Below are positions 47,410 through 49,379 of a stretch of 49,379 nucleotides of DNA, piece after piece. Source of the DNA: Pseudobdellovibrionaceae bacterium (GTDB lineage Bacteria; Bdellovibrionota; Bdellovibrionia; Bdellovibrionales; Bdellovibrionaceae). The notes beneath the pieces were generated by a model that did not search any database, was not told the DNA's origin, and saw nothing but the letters and a program-made list of their open reading frames with translations. A program made the translations under genes and the position numbers. The DNA is taken from contig JBGGMM010000051.1 of the NCBI GenBank assembly GCA_041288045.1, positions 1 through 49,379 on the forward strand. Direction: 5' to 3'. How positions within the stretch are numbered: position 1 is the first letter of the stretch; every line of letters begins with the position of its first letter.

Positions 47410-48642
47410 ATGGCTCAAAAGAAAACCCAAGTTTTTCGTGGAATTGACACATTACTGACTTTGCAAGGCGCTTCTCAGAAGCAAGGTCGACGAATCCAAG
47501 AGAGCGACCTGTCTATCCAGTCGAAGGCCGCCATCGTTGTTGAAAATGGAAAGATCCTATGGCTCGGCCCACAGAAATCTCTGCCAAGAATTTATGCGAA
47601 GAATTCCAAAGAGATCCATCTGGATGCGGCCACTGTTCTTCCCGGTTTTGTCGAGTGCCACACGCACAGTCTTTTTGCGGGCTCCAGAGCCAGCGAGTTT
47701 GAAATGCGCTTGCAGGGTGTGAGTTATCAAGAGATCGCCAAGCGTGGGGGTGGAATTCTTTCTACGATGAAAGCGACTCGTCAGGCTTCGGCTGCCGATT
47801 TGAAAGAAAAAACTCAAGAGCGAGTGGCGAATTTCATGCGCCAAGGAGTCACCACTTTAGAAATCAAGACAGGCTATGCGCTGAATGAAAAAGAAGAGCT
47901 GAAATCTCTCAAGGTCATTCACTCTTTGCAGGGACCTCGGATTGTTCCGACATTTCTTGGAGCTCACTCCGTTCCGCCCGAGTTTTCAACGGCCCAAGAT
48001 TACCTGAAGCATTTAGAAACACTTTTGCCGAAAGTGAGGAAGCTCTGTGATCGAGTCGATATTTGGATTGAGAAGGGTTTTTTTGAAAAAGATTTTTCCG
48101 AAGCCTATTTGAAAAAGGCCCAGCAGCTTGGATTTCAAATTGTCATTCATGCCGATCAGTTGACTTTGAGTGGGGGAGCGGATCTGGCAGTGCAGCTGAA
48201 AGCACTTTCGGCAGATCATGTGATTCAATTGGGCAATGGCCAGATTCAAAAACTAGCGGCTTCGGAAACAACAGCTGTGCTTTTGCCACTGGCTGATCTT
48301 TATATGAAATGTGCTTATCCGCCGGCGCAGAAACTGATCGAAGCCGGAGCTCGAGTCGCGCTTGCCACAGATTTCAATCCTGGCAGTTGTCCTTCTCAGG
48401 ATTTGGCGCTCGTGGGTCTCTTGGCCCGCCTGGAAATGAAAATGTCGCTTCCCCAGGTTATTGCTGCTTACACTGTTGGGAGCTCCTATGCCCTTGGATT
48501 GCAGTCAGAAGTGGGCAGTTTGGAAATAGGGAAGTCTGCTGATTTTATATGCACGAATGAGGATTGGACTTCGCTTTTTTACTCGGCTGGAGGGCTTTCT
48601 GTGCAGAAAACCTATTTAAAAGGTCATTTAATAGGTTTTTGA
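47410..48642 (+). CDS. hutI: Imidazolonepropionase
   Basis: PGFVECHTH, GGGILST, EIKTGY, HADQL, ATDFNPG. Confidence 0.96.
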   Translation: MAQKKTQVFRGIDTLLTLQGASQKQGRRIQESDLSIQSKAAIVVENGKILWLGPQKSLPRIYAKNSKEIHLDAATVLPGFVECHTHSLFAGSRASEFEMRLQGVSYQEIAKRGGGILSTMKATRQASAADLKEKTQERVANFMRQGVTTLEIKTGYALNEKEELKSLKVIHSLQGPRIVPTFLGAHSVPPEFSTAQDYLKHLETLLPKVRKLCDRVDIWIEKGFFEKDFSEAYLKKAQQLGFQIVIHADQLTLSGGADLAVQLKALSADHVIQLGNGQIQKLAASETTAVLLPLADLYMKCAYPPAQKLIEAGARVALATDFNPGSCPSQDLALVGLLARLEMKMSLPQVIAAYTVGSSYALGLQSEVGSLEIGKSADFICTNEDWTSLFYSAGGLSVQKTYLKGHLIGF

Positions 48643-48754
48643 GAGAAATAATCAAGTGCGTCATAAAATATAAATAATCTGTCAGGGCCTTAAAATTTCT
48701 TTGATTTCTAGGTGCAATCTTTCCTAGGCTGAAGGTGTTCAACCAGGAGAAGCC

Positions 48755-49174
48755 ATGAAGGGCACTTATTCAGCATTGATGCAGTCCAGATTTTTCACAC
48801 CCGCTTTCAATTCGGCCATCTTTGACGGACCTTTGCGAATTTACTTCGCTCAGTTTCACGAGTCTCTGGCATTGAAAATCTACTTCACTCTTCAGCAGAG
48901 ATTTCCCCATGAGCTCGCTCGAGCCAAGGAAATGCACAAATTTTTAGAGCGAACTGTCTTGGTCATGGTTTATCCCACCTCGGAAAGTTTTCACCACTCT
49001 TTTGAAAGCGAAGACTTTTTGCAGTCTGAGCATCTGTCAGAAGACACCATCATCGGGATCAATGGTCCTTTTGAAGACAACAAACTGGACGAAGTGCTGG
49101 CTCAGGTTCTGCTCGCTTTTCAAGCTTGGGAAAAAATTCCGCTTGAAAAGCACTCAGCTGATGCCATTCTTTAA
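48755..49174 (+). CDS. Hypothetical protein
   Basis: AGGAG RBS; 139 aa; protein-like; abuts the pilin-like gene. Confidence 0.7.
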   Translation: MKGTYSALMQSRFFTPAFNSAIFDGPLRIYFAQFHESLALKIYFTLQQRFPHELARAKEMHKFLERTVLVMVYPTSESFHHSFESEDFLQSEHLSEDTIIGINGPFEDNKLDEVLAQVLLAFQAWEKIPLEKHSADAIL

Positions 49175-49176
49175 GT

Positions 49177-49371
49177 ATGAAACAAATTCGCCAACAAAAA
49201 GGACAAGTCGTTGTTGAGTACGTGCTTTTGCTCACCATCGCCGTGTCCTTGGCAATGATTGTTGTCTCTCAACTGATCAAACGGGATGCGGATGATCCTT
49301 CCAATTCAGGCGCCATGATTCAAAAGTGGCAGCAAATGCAAGAAGCCATTGGCAAAGACGAACAAAAGTAA
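49177..49371 (+). CDS. Flp/TadE-like prepilin (class III signal peptide)
   Basis: KG|QVVVEYVLLL: Gly at -1, Glu at +5 followed by Tyr, then a hydrophobic helix. Confidence 0.75.
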   Translation: MKQIRQQKGQVVVEYVLLLTIAVSLAMIVVSQLIKRDADDPSNSGAMIQKWQQMQEAIGKDEQK

Positions 49372-49379
49372 ATTCTCTG

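Overview
Chromosomal segment, most likely from a Bdellovibrionota (Bdellovibrio-like predator). This is inferred from a RomR-type regulator, a bacterial topoisomerase VI, a CPAF-like protease and many Cys-rich secreted orphans. Most of it is housekeeping: tRNA-Arg, serA, grxD/bolA, top6B-top6A, nadC, birA-like, lptG, def-fmt-rpe-hutH-hutU, sucA-sucB-lpdA, gpmA, nnr, hutI. The left edge holds an AT-richer, 5'-truncated Fic gene at the tRNA 3' end, a possible island boundary. The most unusual signals are non-coding. (1) A ~295-bp repeat family (two full copies, one partial) whose hairpins show compensatory changes and strand-consistent G-U wobbles. (2) A second short palindromic repeat family and a 105-bp MITE-like element with perfect 27-bp inverted ends. 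(3) A stand-alone structured transcript after serA with alternative pairings next to an AGGAGG site, a 22-codon ORF ending in the arrest-like motif RGPP, and a strong terminator. No CRISPR array, rRNA, integrase or transposase is visible. All calls were made by eye, without database searches.
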